Shown here: positions 9,806-19,903 of the stretch, in pieces
Layout: each line of letters begins with the position of its first letter
Numbering within the stretch: the first letter of the stretch is position 1
Origin: a virus
Lineage: Duplodnaviria; Caudoviricetes
DNA length: 64,000 nucleotides
Strand: one strand, 5' to 3'
Virus record (IMG/VR): IMGVR_UViG_3300046694_000619
Translations under genes and position numbers: made by a program
Notes under the pieces: generated by a model
Database searches by the model: none
What the model was told of the DNA's origin: nothing
Seen by the model: only the letters and a program-made list of their open reading frames with translations

Positions 9806-9862
9806 ATCTCAGGCCTCCCTCTCTCAGGGAGGCATTTTCTATAACCAGAAAGGACACACAAA

Positions 9863-10456
9863 GTGCTGATTGCAACATTGCTGGTGCTGCCGTGGTGGCT
9901 GACTGTCCCGACGTATTTTCTCATCGGGCTGCTGTGGGCAGTCATCTACCTGCCACATGCCATTGCCAGGAAACGGGTCGAATATCAGAACTGGAAGCAC
10001 GAGCAGCTTCGAGGCAAACGCCTTGATGAGTTGCTCGCGCCAGAAACGGTACGTCACGGAATCCAGCTATTGGCGCTGGCGCCCGAGGATTTCCTCGAGC
10101 TGTGTGCCACGCAGCAGAGCCACGGCAACTTCTCGTTTCTTCGCCTGGTTATCAGCTTCATGCTCGACATCGCATTCTGGCCGGTGCGCGTTCTGCGCTG
10201 GCTGCTGACGGAAATGCTCCGAAGCCTCTGGCGCGTGATTCGACGGGGCCTGCGGGCTGTTTGGAGAGCCCTCCGCCGGGTCCTGCGCGCACTATGGAAC
10301 GACGTCGTCGTGCCATTCTGCCGTTGGGTGTACCGGCAGGTTCTGGCGCTGTACCGCCGCGTAATGGTTGTCTATCAAGGCATTATCCAGCGCGCGAACC
10401 GCGAAGCCATTGCCGATATGGCGATTCTGAATGCCCGCAAGGGAGACAAGCAATGA
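9863..10456 (+). CDS. Membrane protein (paralogue of the next gene)
   Basis: YFLIGLLWA...FWP motif; AAGGA RBS. Confidence 0.6.
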   Translation: MLIATLLVLPWWLTVPTYFLIGLLWAVIYLPHAIARKRVEYQNWKHEQLRGKRLDELLAPETVRHGIQLLALAPEDFLELCATQQSHGNFSFLRLVISFMLDIAFWPVRVLRWLLTEMLRSLWRVIRRGLRAVWRALRRVLRALWNDVVVPFCRWVYRQVLALYRRVMVVYQGIIQRANREAIADMAILNARKGDKQ

Positions 10457-11181
10457 CGCTGCAACACTTCACGGACATCATCATCCTGCTTTGGCCGGCC
10501 ATCACGGTTGCGACCGTCATGGCCGTGCTGTTTATGCCAACCCGGGCAAGAGCTGGCTGGGGCGGGATAGCCGGCGCCGTTCTGTTCACCGCAGCGGTTC
10601 TGTGGGGCGTCTTCATCGAGTTCCTGCTCACGGTGCCATACCGAGGCGATTTCGACCATGTCGAATTCTGGGCGTCGGTCTCGCACGTCTGGAAGCCCGT
10701 CATTGCGCATATCACCGCGCCATGGGCGGTCACCGCGATGGTGAGTTACTTCGTCGTAGGCTTCGCATGGGCCGTCGCTTACTTCTGGCTGTACGCGCGC
10801 CGCCTTGGTCAGCGTTATGTGCTCGAGCGGGACATCTGGCTGCGCGCCCATCAACGCACCAGCCTCGAAGGCCTCACAGCGGAGCTTCGGCTGAAATTCG
10901 ACACGGTGGTTGCCACCGTCAAAAAAGAGATGATTTACGCGGGCGACTTTCCGCTGCGCCCGTTGCAGCAGAAGCGCTTCTTCGCAGCCAATCTGCTGCT
11001 CTGGCCGATGACGGTGCTCGCCTATCTGGTCGGCGACATGGCGCTCGACGTCGCACGCCACACCTGGTTCAGGCTGCGCAACTGGGTTCTCCAGCGCTGG
11101 GAGAAGGGCATGCCCGAGTTCTTCGCCGACGAAGCACTGTGCCGCGAGAAGCTGGCCGAGTTCGAGCGCGCGCAAGCCTAA
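10453..11181 (+). CDS. Membrane protein
   Basis: ATGA overlap with the upstream gene; YFVVGFAWA...LWP motif. Confidence 0.65.
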   Translation: MTLQHFTDIIILLWPAITVATVMAVLFMPTRARAGWGGIAGAVLFTAAVLWGVFIEFLLTVPYRGDFDHVEFWASVSHVWKPVIAHITAPWAVTAMVSYFVVGFAWAVAYFWLYARRLGQRYVLERDIWLRAHQRTSLEGLTAELRLKFDTVVATVKKEMIYAGDFPLRPLQQKRFFAANLLLWPMTVLAYLVGDMALDVARHTWFRLRNWVLQRWEKGMPEFFADEALCREKLAEFERAQA

Positions 11182-11191
11182 CAGGTACGAC

Positions 11192-12352
11192 CTATTGCGC
11201 GCCGGGCCGTCCGCTCTTATCTACCTTGTAGATTCGGCCCGGTAAGTCGACGTCGACATGGTCGAGTTTTACTCGTGCCTGGTGTATCCATATGCGCTTC
11301 CGCAACTTATGCCCTTCACCGTAGGCTTGTTGTCGCCAAAACGATTTTCGCCAGTGCGGCCGAACAGTTCCTCCTGTTGGCGCTGAAGGCGCTCCTTCGT
11401 TGACCAGTTCCTTACCCAGAAGCCTGACGACGGTAAAATCCTCGCTCATGAGTTTGCTCTTCAGCTTTCGACGCTTTTCGGGCTTCGTTGCATTCCACTT
11501 TTCCTGCAAATCTGAGGGGACATCGCGACCCGGGGAGCAGGGCACCGTCACCGAATCTCGTTGGAGCGATTCGATGTAGTACAGCGAATTAAAAATCAGA
11601 CGTGAAGCGTCGCTGATTAGGCTAGCCGCATCCCTGTATCGCTGCTTCTGAATTTCGGTAATGGCTCTGACAGTAGCATCATCCACAGGGTCTTTATCCA
11701 ACTCGGCAAATCGGTGCTCCAGAGCACGTTGGATAGCTTCGTCCCTGGGTAACGCATGCGTGTCCGGGAAAAAATCGAGAAAATATCCCGGACAACGAAG
11801 ACCCGAACCGTCCTCTCTTACTGTCGTAATACCTATCTTCAGCCGAAATCCGTTCTCAGGGGACTCTACCGGCGCAACCGCTACGAAAGCACCATCCAGA
11901 TATTCAAACCGGGTCAGTTCATCAACGTATGGCAGGTGAATGTCGGCCTGTTTCCCGAAGCGCAGGAAGAAGGCGTAATGGGGTGGATGCCAGTCTTCGA
12001 GCGTGCACTCATTGACATCCGTATCCCAAAACATATCCACCAACTGTTCGGGTAAGTCGAATATTTCTCGACCACAGCCCTCGAATTGAGCGGCGAGAAC
12101 GATGAAATGATGCATTCCCCAAAGTGTGGCTAGCATTTCTCCAATGGCGTCTTCATTTCCTTCGGCACGCAGGGCCTGTACGTCGTCACGGGCCTTTGGG
12201 TCGGTGAATTCGACTCGTATCTTGTCCAGGATATTCGGGCCGACCATGCCCTCTGGCATCACCCAACCGTCCCGAGCCAGCCCTCGGGCATATTCCCACC
12301 AGTGGAGTCCTCGGTATCGGACCGGAGCATAAGGCGACAGCATGTTGGGCAT
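11192..12352 (-). CDS. Hypothetical protein with C-terminal VRPHWR...QAYG motif
   Basis: 386-aa ORF, lower GC than its neighbours. Confidence 0.7.
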   Translation of the reverse strand: MPNMLSPYAPVRYRGLHWWEYARGLARDGWVMPEGMVGPNILDKIRVEFTDPKARDDVQALRAEGNEDAIGEMLATLWGMHHFIVLAAQFEGCGREIFDLPEQLVDMFWDTDVNECTLEDWHPPHYAFFLRFGKQADIHLPYVDELTRFEYLDGAFVAVAPVESPENGFRLKIGITTVREDGSGLRCPGYFLDFFPDTHALPRDEAIQRALEHRFAELDKDPVDDATVRAITEIQKQRYRDAASLISDASRLIFNSLYYIESLQRDSVTVPCSPGRDVPSDLQEKWNATKPEKRRKLKSKLMSEDFTVVRLLGKELVNEGAPSAPTGGTVRPHWRKSFWRQQAYGEGHKLRKRIWIHQARVKLDHVDVDLPGRIYKVDKSGRPGAQ

Positions 12353-12470
12353 GATGAACCTCGTACCTGGGGCTACGGCGGGTCGAAACAGACCAGACCT
12401 GCTCAGCTTGTAAGCTCAAATAATACTAAGTTTGTCGGCTATCCGATGAAGTAAACATCATAGTCGCTTC

Positions 12471-15400
12471 TCAGTGAAAATCGCGGCTGTGAGTCGACAG
12501 GTCGCCTAGCAGGTGGGACATGTCGACGAGGCGCTGGGCAATCAGGTGCCGCACGCCACCTTCACTCTGCCAGGTCCCATACACCGCGAGAAGCGAAGCG
12601 CCTAGCGCCTCCTTGCGATGTCGTTCGAGCACCGACTGCCACACAATCACGTTCACGTTGCCCGTCTCGTCCTCGAGCGTCACGAACATCACGCCGTTTG
12701 CCGTGCCCGGCCGCTGCCGCCCGACAACCAGTCCGCACCCGCGCGCGAGCCGGTTGTTCGGATACCTCGCAAGCGTCGACGCGGGCATCAGCCTATGCTC
12801 GCGCAACGCAGGTCGGAGCAGGGCAAGCGGATGCCGGCCAAGCGTGAGTCCCGTCGACTGGTAGTCGCTCACGATGTCGTCGACTTCCGACGGCGCGCCA
12901 AGCTCAGGTGTCGCGTCATCAACGCCTGCACCGGCCAGGATGTCCTTGTCGGGGATGGCCGCTGCAGATTGCCACAAGGCTTCGCGCCGGTTCCCCGCGA
13001 GGGAGGCCAGCGCGTTGGCCGCGGCCAACACCTGAAGGTCGTGGCGGTCGAGTTGCGCGCGCCGCGCCAGGTCGCTTACGGAAGAGAACTGCCTGACTGC
13101 GCGAGCATTCTCAATGCGCTCCGACGCGCCGTCGCGCATGCCGCGCAACAGCGACAGCCCGAGCCGAACCACTGGCCTTGGCTGCCCATCCGGATGCTCA
13201 AGCACGGAGTCCCAGGCGCTTATCGTGACGTCGACCGGCGCCACCCTCACGCCGTGACGCTTTGCATCCTGCACGAGTTGCGAGGGCGAATAGAACCCCA
13301 TCGGTTGGGAGTTCAGCATCGCAGCAAGGAACGCCGCAGGCTCGTGGCGTTTGAGCCAGCTGCTCGCATAGACAAGTAACGCAAAGCTCGCGGCATGGCT
13401 TTCGGGAAAGCCGTACTCTCCGAAACCCTTGATTTGCTCGAAGATGCCGTCGGCGAAGCTGCGCTCATAGCCGCGCGCGAGCATCCCGTTCACTATGCGG
13501 TCGTAGTATTTTTCAAGTCCGCCTTTACGTTTCCACGCGGCCATCGCGCGCCGGAGCTGGTCCGCTTCACCCGGCGAGAAGCCCGCGGCAAGGATGGCGA
13601 CCTGCATTACCTGCTCCTGGAAAATCGGCACGCCCAGCGTTCGGCCCAGCGCGGTCTCCAGGTCCGCACTCGGATAGCTTACCGGCTCAATACCCTGGCG
13701 CCGGCGAAGATATGGATGCACCGCGCCGCCCTGAATCGGACCGGGTCGCACGAGCGCGACCTCAATCACAAGGTCGTAGAAGGTCTTCGGCTTCAGCCGC
13801 GGGAGCATCGACATCTGCGCGCGCGACTCGATTTGAAAAACGCCCACGGTATCTGCGCGGGAAATCATGTCGTAGGTCGCCTTGTCCTCGACCGGAATAT
13901 CCTGCATCTCGAAGCGCTCGCCGCGCTCCTCGGACACGATGTCGAGTGTGCGCCGGATGGCTGACAGCATTCCGAGCGCAAGGATGTCGACCTTCAGCAG
14001 CCCGAGCGCCTCGAGGTCGTCCTTGTCCCATTGAATCGCGCTGCGCCCCGTCATCGCTGCATTTTCAATGGGGACCAGGCGCGTGAGCTTGCCGCGGCTG
14101 ATAACGAATCCACCCGAGTGCTGCGAGAGATGACGCGGGAAATTCAGTATCTGGCCGGCGAGCGACGCCCACGCCGCAATCAACGGATTCTCTGGGTCCA
14201 GGCCCGATTCCGCAAAACGGTTGAGCAGGTCGTGACTGCTATCGAACCATTGATGATTTTTGGCGACACGGTCAACGATTTGCGGGTCGATGCCGAGCGC
14301 CTTCCCGGTTTCGCGCAGCGCACCTCGCGGTCGATATGTGTGCACGGCCGCCGCGATGGCGGCGCGATTGCGGCCGTACTTTTCATAGATGTACTGGATG
14401 ACGATTTCACGTTTTTGATGCTCGAAATCGACGTCTATGTCGGGCGGCTCGTTTCGCTCAGGGCTCAGGAATCGCTCGAACAACATGGAGCTGCGCGAGG
14501 GGTCAACTTCGGTCACGCCCAGGCAATAACAGACCGCAGAATTGGCGGCGGAGCCGCGTCCCTGGCAAAGGATGTGCTCGCTGCGAGCGAACCGAACGAT
14601 GTCGTAAACCGTCAGGAAATACGGCTCGAAATTCAGTTGCCGGATTATCTTCAGCTCGTGCTCAATCTGCTCCTGCACTGCATGCGGGATACCGTTTGGA
14701 AAGCGGCGATGCGCGCCGATGTACGTCTCCTGACGCAGATAGTCTTCGTGTGTGATGCCGGGCGGCACAAGTTCGTCGGGATACTCGTAGCGAAGCTCAT
14801 CCAGTGAGAACGTACAGCGCTCGAGGATGCTGAGCGTCTCTGACAGCGTGTGCTCCGGATACAGGTTGGCCAGCCGCAGACGGGACCGCAGATGCTGCTC
14901 GGCGTTCGGCGCGAGGTCATAGCCACACTCGGCAATAGGCCTGCCGACGCGTATGGCCGTCATCGTGTCCTGCAACGGCTTCCTCGAGCGCACATGCATG
15001 ACGACCTTTCCCGTGGCCACCACGGGAACCCGATACCGGTCGGCAATGTGTTCGACGATGCCGCGATGAATGTCATCCATCGCGCGCTGGTGCAATGTGA
15101 GTCCGACGTAAGCACGCGTGGGAAACGTCTCGTTCATCCACTCGAGCTGCGCCGCGAGCGCGGCCTCCTTTGCCGGGAAGTCGGGCACGAGGATGGCGAG
15201 GCAGTCGGGCATGCCGCGCAGGTGCGCATAGTCAGGCTCCGGCCGTGCGATGTCCTGTGGCGTGAGCAGGTAGCTGCCTTTCTCCGCACGCATGCGACCG
15301 AGCGTGATGAACTCCGACAGATTGCCGTAGCCTTCACGATTCTGCGCAAGCAGAATCAGACCGAAAGCGGGGCGTTTGTCTGCATGTACCAGCTCGAAGT

Positions 15401-15620
15401 ACGCGCCGATGATGAGTGGCAGCTTCTCTTCTTTGGCCTGAACATGTGCGCGCACCACGCCGGCGAGCGAACACTCGTCGGTGATGGCGAGGCCCGCATA
15501 TCCGAGTTGCGCCGCGCGCGCGACCAGCTCCTCCCCGCGTGACGCGCCGTGAAGGAACGTGAAATTCGAGAACGCGAACAGCTCCGCGTATTCGGGCAGG
15601 ACGGAGAACGGCGTATCCAT
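12471..15620 (-). CDS. dnaE2: Error-prone DNA polymerase DnaE2 (ImuC)
   Basis: SNFTFLHGAS, GRGSAANS, PPDIDVDF, C-terminal SRDFH. Confidence 0.97.
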   Translation of the reverse strand: MDTPFSVLPEYAELFAFSNFTFLHGASRGEELVARAAQLGYAGLAITDECSLAGVVRAHVQAKEEKLPLIIGAYFELVHADKRPAFGLILLAQNREGYGNLSEFITLGRMRAEKGSYLLTPQDIARPEPDYAHLRGMPDCLAILVPDFPAKEAALAAQLEWMNETFPTRAYVGLTLHQRAMDDIHRGIVEHIADRYRVPVVATGKVVMHVRSRKPLQDTMTAIRVGRPIAECGYDLAPNAEQHLRSRLRLANLYPEHTLSETLSILERCTFSLDELRYEYPDELVPPGITHEDYLRQETYIGAHRRFPNGIPHAVQEQIEHELKIIRQLNFEPYFLTVYDIVRFARSEHILCQGRGSAANSAVCYCLGVTEVDPSRSSMLFERFLSPERNEPPDIDVDFEHQKREIVIQYIYEKYGRNRAAIAAAVHTYRPRGALRETGKALGIDPQIVDRVAKNHQWFDSSHDLLNRFAESGLDPENPLIAAWASLAGQILNFPRHLSQHSGGFVISRGKLTRLVPIENAAMTGRSAIQWDKDDLEALGLLKVDILALGMLSAIRRTLDIVSEERGERFEMQDIPVEDKATYDMISRADTVGVFQIESRAQMSMLPRLKPKTFYDLVIEVALVRPGPIQGGAVHPYLRRRQGIEPVSYPSADLETALGRTLGVPIFQEQVMQVAILAAGFSPGEADQLRRAMAAWKRKGGLEKYYDRIVNGMLARGYERSFADGIFEQIKGFGEYGFPESHAASFALLVYASSWLKRHEPAAFLAAMLNSQPMGFYSPSQLVQDAKRHGVRVAPVDVTISAWDSVLEHPDGQPRPVVRLGLSLLRGMRDGASERIENARAVRQFSSVSDLARRAQLDRHDLQVLAAANALASLAGNRREALWQSAAAIPDKDILAGAGVDDATPELGAPSEVDDIVSDYQSTGLTLGRHPLALLRPALREHRLMPASTLARYPNNRLARGCGLVVGRQRPGTANGVMFVTLEDETGNVNVIVWQSVLERHRKEALGASLLAVYGTWQSEGGVRHLIAQRLVDMSHLLGDLSTHSRDFH

Positions 15621-15635
15621 GGCGACTGCCTGACC

Positions 15636-17099
15636 TTACCCGAACATGCCGTGCAGGAACCAGCGCACTTCTTCAGACGTCGCGCTTGGCCGCTCCCGGT
15701 AAATCCAGTAGCAGCTCTTGTCCGTTGCTTCTGCGACGTAATAGTCGCGTGCCGTCTGCCCGCCATCGAACCAGCCGCCTTCAATGCGCTCAGCGGTCGA
15801 GACGAGCTTCAACGGCGACCCGTAAAAAGGCCGATGCTGTTTGACCATCAGACGGATGGGTGTTTCGAGCAGCCAGGACGGACGCGGCAATTCGGAGGGT
15901 GGCGGCGCGAGCTTTACTGACTCCTGCACGGAGACCCAGCGGTTAGCGTTCTCCGGTCGATGGTCCGAGGTCGGAGCAGGGCGCAAGACGTTCTCGGCGC
16001 CGAGCCGCGCGACGAGTAGCTCGAGCAGCCGGTTGTGGTCTTCGCTTGAACCACCCGGGTCTGGAAAGAGGTCGTCTGAAGGCGGCTCCGCCGCTTGCAC
16101 TTTCGTCGCGCTCAACCGCACGGCAATCACAGCGGCGTCCAGCTCGATACGGCCCAGCCGTTCCTTGAGCAACCGCACCAGATGCTCTTCGTGCCATGTT
16201 GGCTCAGCAAGCGCGATTTCGACGGCGGTCGGGTCAATTGCGTCCCGGCCTCGCTCGTGCTCGAGCAGCACCGTCGCATGCGTGAGTGCGAGCTGCTGCG
16301 CGCTTAGCCACCCGCAAAGCTGGACCACGAGGCGGCGCGCCGAGAAGAGTATCGCTTCTGCGTGTTCGACCCGGTCGGGAAGCTCAACGCGCGCGCTGAA
16401 GGTCGGCGGCAATTCCAGCCACTCGTACACCTCGGGCGAAAGCCCATAGGCTCTATCCAGCGAATCCAGCAGGTCCACGCCGCACCTTTTCTTCAAACCC
16501 GCACGCGGCAGCCGGCGGATGTCATTGAGCACCTGGCACCCGAGTCCGGTGAACCAGTCGGAAAACCTGCGCACCTCAGGCACGACAGGATAGGGAAGTT
16601 GGTCCAGCACGCGCTCGAGGGAGGACATCTTGAGCACGCGCCGCCGGCCGCGCTTGGCCAGCAACCACGAACCCTGGCCGGTTGGCGCCACGCTCATACA
16701 CATCGTCACGCCTACGGCGGCGACAACCTGACGAATCAGATGGCAGATACGCAGCACGCCGCCGAAGAGTCGCAGGCTTGCCGAGACGTCGACGATGACC
16801 GTGTCCTCTTCCCGAACGCAGACCATCGGCGAGAACCGCATCAACGCTACGGCGACCTCACACAGCATGTTTTGCTCTCGGCCGGCATCCCGTTCATATG
16901 CCAGCGCGGCTGGCGCAAGTGTAAGGACCCCTCCGCGCTTCATGCCCATCACCACACCCGCGTCTTTGGCTACCGCGTCCGCGATGACAACCTTGTCCCT
17001 GTCCAGTACGACGCAGCCGTTTTCCGTCCTAGGCGACCACCTCGGACGGAACACCTCCAGCGAGAGCCGGGGCAGGTGTACGGCGACGAATACGGCCAT
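15636..17099 (-). CDS. imuB: ImuB (inactive Y-family polymerase)
   Basis: Y-family fold pattern; ERIEGGWFD...RDYY and C-terminal WFLHGMFG; position in the operon. Confidence 0.93.
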   Translation of the reverse strand: MAVFVAVHLPRLSLEVFRPRWSPRTENGCVVLDRDKVVIADAVAKDAGVVMGMKRGGVLTLAPAALAYERDAGREQNMLCEVAVALMRFSPMVCVREEDTVIVDVSASLRLFGGVLRICHLIRQVVAAVGVTMCMSVAPTGQGSWLLAKRGRRRVLKMSSLERVLDQLPYPVVPEVRRFSDWFTGLGCQVLNDIRRLPRAGLKKRCGVDLLDSLDRAYGLSPEVYEWLELPPTFSARVELPDRVEHAEAILFSARRLVVQLCGWLSAQQLALTHATVLLEHERGRDAIDPTAVEIALAEPTWHEEHLVRLLKERLGRIELDAAVIAVRLSATKVQAAEPPSDDLFPDPGGSSEDHNRLLELLVARLGAENVLRPAPTSDHRPENANRWVSVQESVKLAPPPSELPRPSWLLETPIRLMVKQHRPFYGSPLKLVSTAERIEGGWFDGGQTARDYYVAEATDKSCYWIYRERPSATSEEVRWFLHGMFG

Positions 17100-17736
17100 A
17101 AGGGCTTAGCAGAGTGGGTGAAGGGTGCAGGGTGACGGAAACCGGCTCGATTCGGTCCGGGCCTCGCCGTTTGATGACATCGACGACGACACCGCCCGCG
17201 GAAGACCGCAGCCCGAGTCTCAGTGCAGCAGGAGAAGCGTCTGCGGCATTGGCCAGCGGCCTGACGAGGAAGAAGAGTGTCTCGGTCGCCTGCGCAGCCA
17301 GGTGTAACCGTCGCAGGGCATCTGTGCGGATGTGCTGCTGCCAAAGCAAGAGCGCGCCGCAACTTCGCGCGCGCAGGATTTGCTCCGCGCTCCATAGAGC
17401 GTCCGCGGTTGTCTTCGTCCGCACCCACATGAGCTTCTCGAGCGGCAGGCCCAGAAACGAGAAAGCCAGCGCGTTGGGTACATGCGGGGGCTGCAACAGC
17501 GCGATAGGCCGCTTGCTGACGTCAACCAGCGCCGGCTGCAACAGCCGGAGTTCGCCGACGCCGGGTTGCTGAACCAGCAACTCGACCAGCGCCGCGACCG
17601 GCCAGCCGCCGCCGGGCAACTCGCTCGAGAGTGCCGCGTATCCGGTGTCGACAGTCTTTCCCTGCGGACGCGCGAGTTGCGCCCCGCGCCAAAGCGCTGG
17701 GTGAATCGACTCGACTTCCTTCGGCAGGGCTGACAT
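17029..17736 (-). CDS. imuA: ImuA (RecA/SulA-like)
   Basis: LWRG..L, DTGY..L..ELPGGGWP, LRRLHLAA, DVIKRRGP. Confidence 0.93.
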   Translation of the reverse strand: MSALPKEVESIHPALWRGAQLARPQGKTVDTGYAALSSELPGGGWPVAALVELLVQQPGVGELRLLQPALVDVSKRPIALLQPPHVPNALAFSFLGLPLEKLMWVRTKTTADALWSAEQILRARSCGALLLWQQHIRTDALRRLHLAAQATETLFFLVRPLANAADASPAALRLGLRSSAGGVVVDVIKRRGPDRIEPVSVTLHPSPTLLSPYGRIRRRTPAPALAGGVPSEVVA

Positions 17737-17748
17737 GGTGGCTGAGTA

Positions 17749-17764
17749 CTGTATGCATGTACAG
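17749..17764. promoter_or_regulatory. LexA (SOS) box
   Basis: CTGT-atgcatgt-ACAG, 12 nt upstream of the imuA ATG. Confidence 0.9.
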
Positions 17765-18021
17765 TGATTGTACTCCACAACGACACACCGCCTGGAGACC
17801 AGGGTTTACGCGGACTGCCCAGAGGGGTGCCGCGACCGCTTCGCCGGCCCAACTGAAATGACTGACCATACGGGTATGAAGTCTGCTGGGTGCGGACGAC
17901 GTGCAATCGCGCCGCCACCAGGCGCGCCGCCCGTGGTGGTAAGCTCGAAAATCCAGCAAGGGTTCCGGCCAGCTGCCTGGAGCCCCGCATAAGGCCCCCG
18001 CCGGCCTGCGAGGAGAAGCAT

Positions 18022-18936
18022 ATGGCTGCTCGTACTATCGCAACGTTGTCCCTCTCTTTCGGGCTTGTGTCCATCCCGGTGCGGCTCTATAGCGCCACCG
18101 AGAGCGATAAGGACATCAAGTTCAATCTGCTCGCACCCGACGGGTCGCGCCTCGAGCAGCAGTACGTTTCGAAGAGCAGCGGGAAGAAGGTAGAACGCGC
18201 GGAGATGAAAAAGGGGTACGAGTTTGAAAAGGACCAGTACGTCGTTTTCACTCCGGATGAATTGAAGGCCCTGGAAGAAAGTCCCACGCACATCGTCGAA
18301 ATTCTCGCGTTTCTGCCCGATAAGGCGGTTGACCCAATCTACTACGATAAGGCCTACTTCATCGCCCCCGACAAGCGCGGCGCGAAGCCTTATAGCCTGC
18401 TTCAGGATGCCTTGCTGGAGAGCCATCGCTGCGCACTCGCAAGCTGGAACACGAAAGGCAAGACGCACCTGGTTCAGGTCCGCGCGACCGAAGACGGGCT
18501 GGTTTTCCAGCAGCTGCTATGGGGCGACGCGGTGCGGTCGCAGAAAGACCTTCACATCGAGCACGTTTCCGTATCCGATGCCGAGTTGCAACTCGCGCTC
18601 AAAATAATCGAGCAGGGCGCCGCCGAGGCCTACGACCCCAGCCAGTACGAGAATGAGGAAAAGAAGCGCGTGCTTGCGGCCATCGACGCGAAGATTGAAG
18701 GCAAGCAGATTGTGACGCCGAAGGGCGAAACGGAAGCCGAGGGCGGGCAGGTCATTGACCTGATGGAAGCACTTCGAGCGAGTCTTTCGCGTGGCGGCAA
18801 GACAAAGACGCCCGCTACAAAGACTGCGGAGCCCGCGCCGGTCGCTACCATGCCGGCCAAGCCGCGTAAAACCGCCAAGCGCGCGGAAAGCACGCCTGCG
18901 GCCGCACCCGCGCCGGCGAAAAGGGCTCGTCGGTGA
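18022..18936 (+). CDS. ku: NHEJ Ku protein
   Basis: LSFGLVSIPVRLYSAT, KGYE, VIDLMEALRASL, basic tail. Confidence 0.95.
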   Translation: MAARTIATLSLSFGLVSIPVRLYSATESDKDIKFNLLAPDGSRLEQQYVSKSSGKKVERAEMKKGYEFEKDQYVVFTPDELKALEESPTHIVEILAFLPDKAVDPIYYDKAYFIAPDKRGAKPYSLLQDALLESHRCALASWNTKGKTHLVQVRATEDGLVFQQLLWGDAVRSQKDLHIEHVSVSDAELQLALKIIEQGAAEAYDPSQYENEEKKRVLAAIDAKIEGKQIVTPKGETEAEGGQVIDLMEALRASLSRGGKTKTPATKTAEPAPVATMPAKPRKTAKRAESTPAAAPAPAKRARR

Positions 18937-19880
18937 CCCGTCGGCATCCGGTGCACGGCTATTCGCTGCGAGACCTTCAGTCGCTTCTGGGCGTTTCGCG
19001 TCGAGTGCTGTCTGGCCTGGTTGCCGCGGGTTTCATTGCGCCATCGCGCGGCCGGCGCAACGAGCTTCGCTTTAATTTCCGGGACGTGGTGCTCCTTCGC
19101 ACCGCATTGAGTCTTCAGACGGCCAAAATCCCATCGCGGCGCATCCTGCAGGCACTGACGAAGCTCAGAAAGGAAATGCCCGATGAAGCGCCGCTGTCAG
19201 GATTGCGGCTCAGTGCCGTCGGCTCCGCAGTCGCGGTCCGCACGGGCCCGACACAGTGGGATGCAAGTTCGGGGCAACTGCTGCTCGACTTCGGTGAGCC
19301 CGACGTTCAGAGCGACATCACGTTCATGGAGAGCGCACAGGCAAGCCTCCGGGCCCGCGAGACGCAGGCTGATGCGTGGTTCACGCTGGCCGAGCAGCTC
19401 CAAGAAACGGACCCGGTCGGCGCGGAAAGCGCGTACAGGAAAGTGCTCGAACTCTCGCCCGAGCCGCACTATCAGGCGTTCAACAACCTGGGCGCGCTGC
19501 TTTCGCAAGACGAGTCTCGCTGTGCGGACGCGCTGCGAGTCTTCGAGGATGCGCTTGAGCACTTCGGTAACGAGGAACTGCTGCACTACAACCGCGCGGT
19601 GCAGCTCGAAAATCTCAATCGGTTGGAAGATGCGGCAGCGAGCTATCTGCGCTGCGTGCAGCTTAATGCACACAATGACGATGCAGTGTTTAATCGAGCA
19701 ACGATTCTCGAGGAGCTAGGCCAGGTTGATGAAGCCGCTGAAGGATATGTGCAGGCCCTTCGGCTTAACCCTGCCCATGAAGAGGCAATGCATAGGCTTG
19801 AGCAACTGATTGGAAAGCTCAAGGGCAATACACAGTCAGTTATCCGGCACCTCAGCGCGCTGCGGCGCTCGAACGCTTAA
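18933..19880 (+). CDS. MerR-like HTH plus TPR-repeat protein
   Basis: YSLRDLQSLLGVS...FNFRDVVLLR at the N-terminus; TPR motifs at the C-terminus; GTGA overlap with ku. Confidence 0.75.
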   Translation: MTRRHPVHGYSLRDLQSLLGVSRRVLSGLVAAGFIAPSRGRRNELRFNFRDVVLLRTALSLQTAKIPSRRILQALTKLRKEMPDEAPLSGLRLSAVGSAVAVRTGPTQWDASSGQLLLDFGEPDVQSDITFMESAQASLRARETQADAWFTLAEQLQETDPVGAESAYRKVLELSPEPHYQAFNNLGALLSQDESRCADALRVFEDALEHFGNEELLHYNRAVQLENLNRLEDAAASYLRCVQLNAHNDDAVFNRATILEELGQVDEAAEGYVQALRLNPAHEEAMHRLEQLIGKLKGNTQSVIRHLSALRRSNA

Positions 19881-19903
19881 CGAAGCCGTTCAGGAGAAGA
19901 GCG

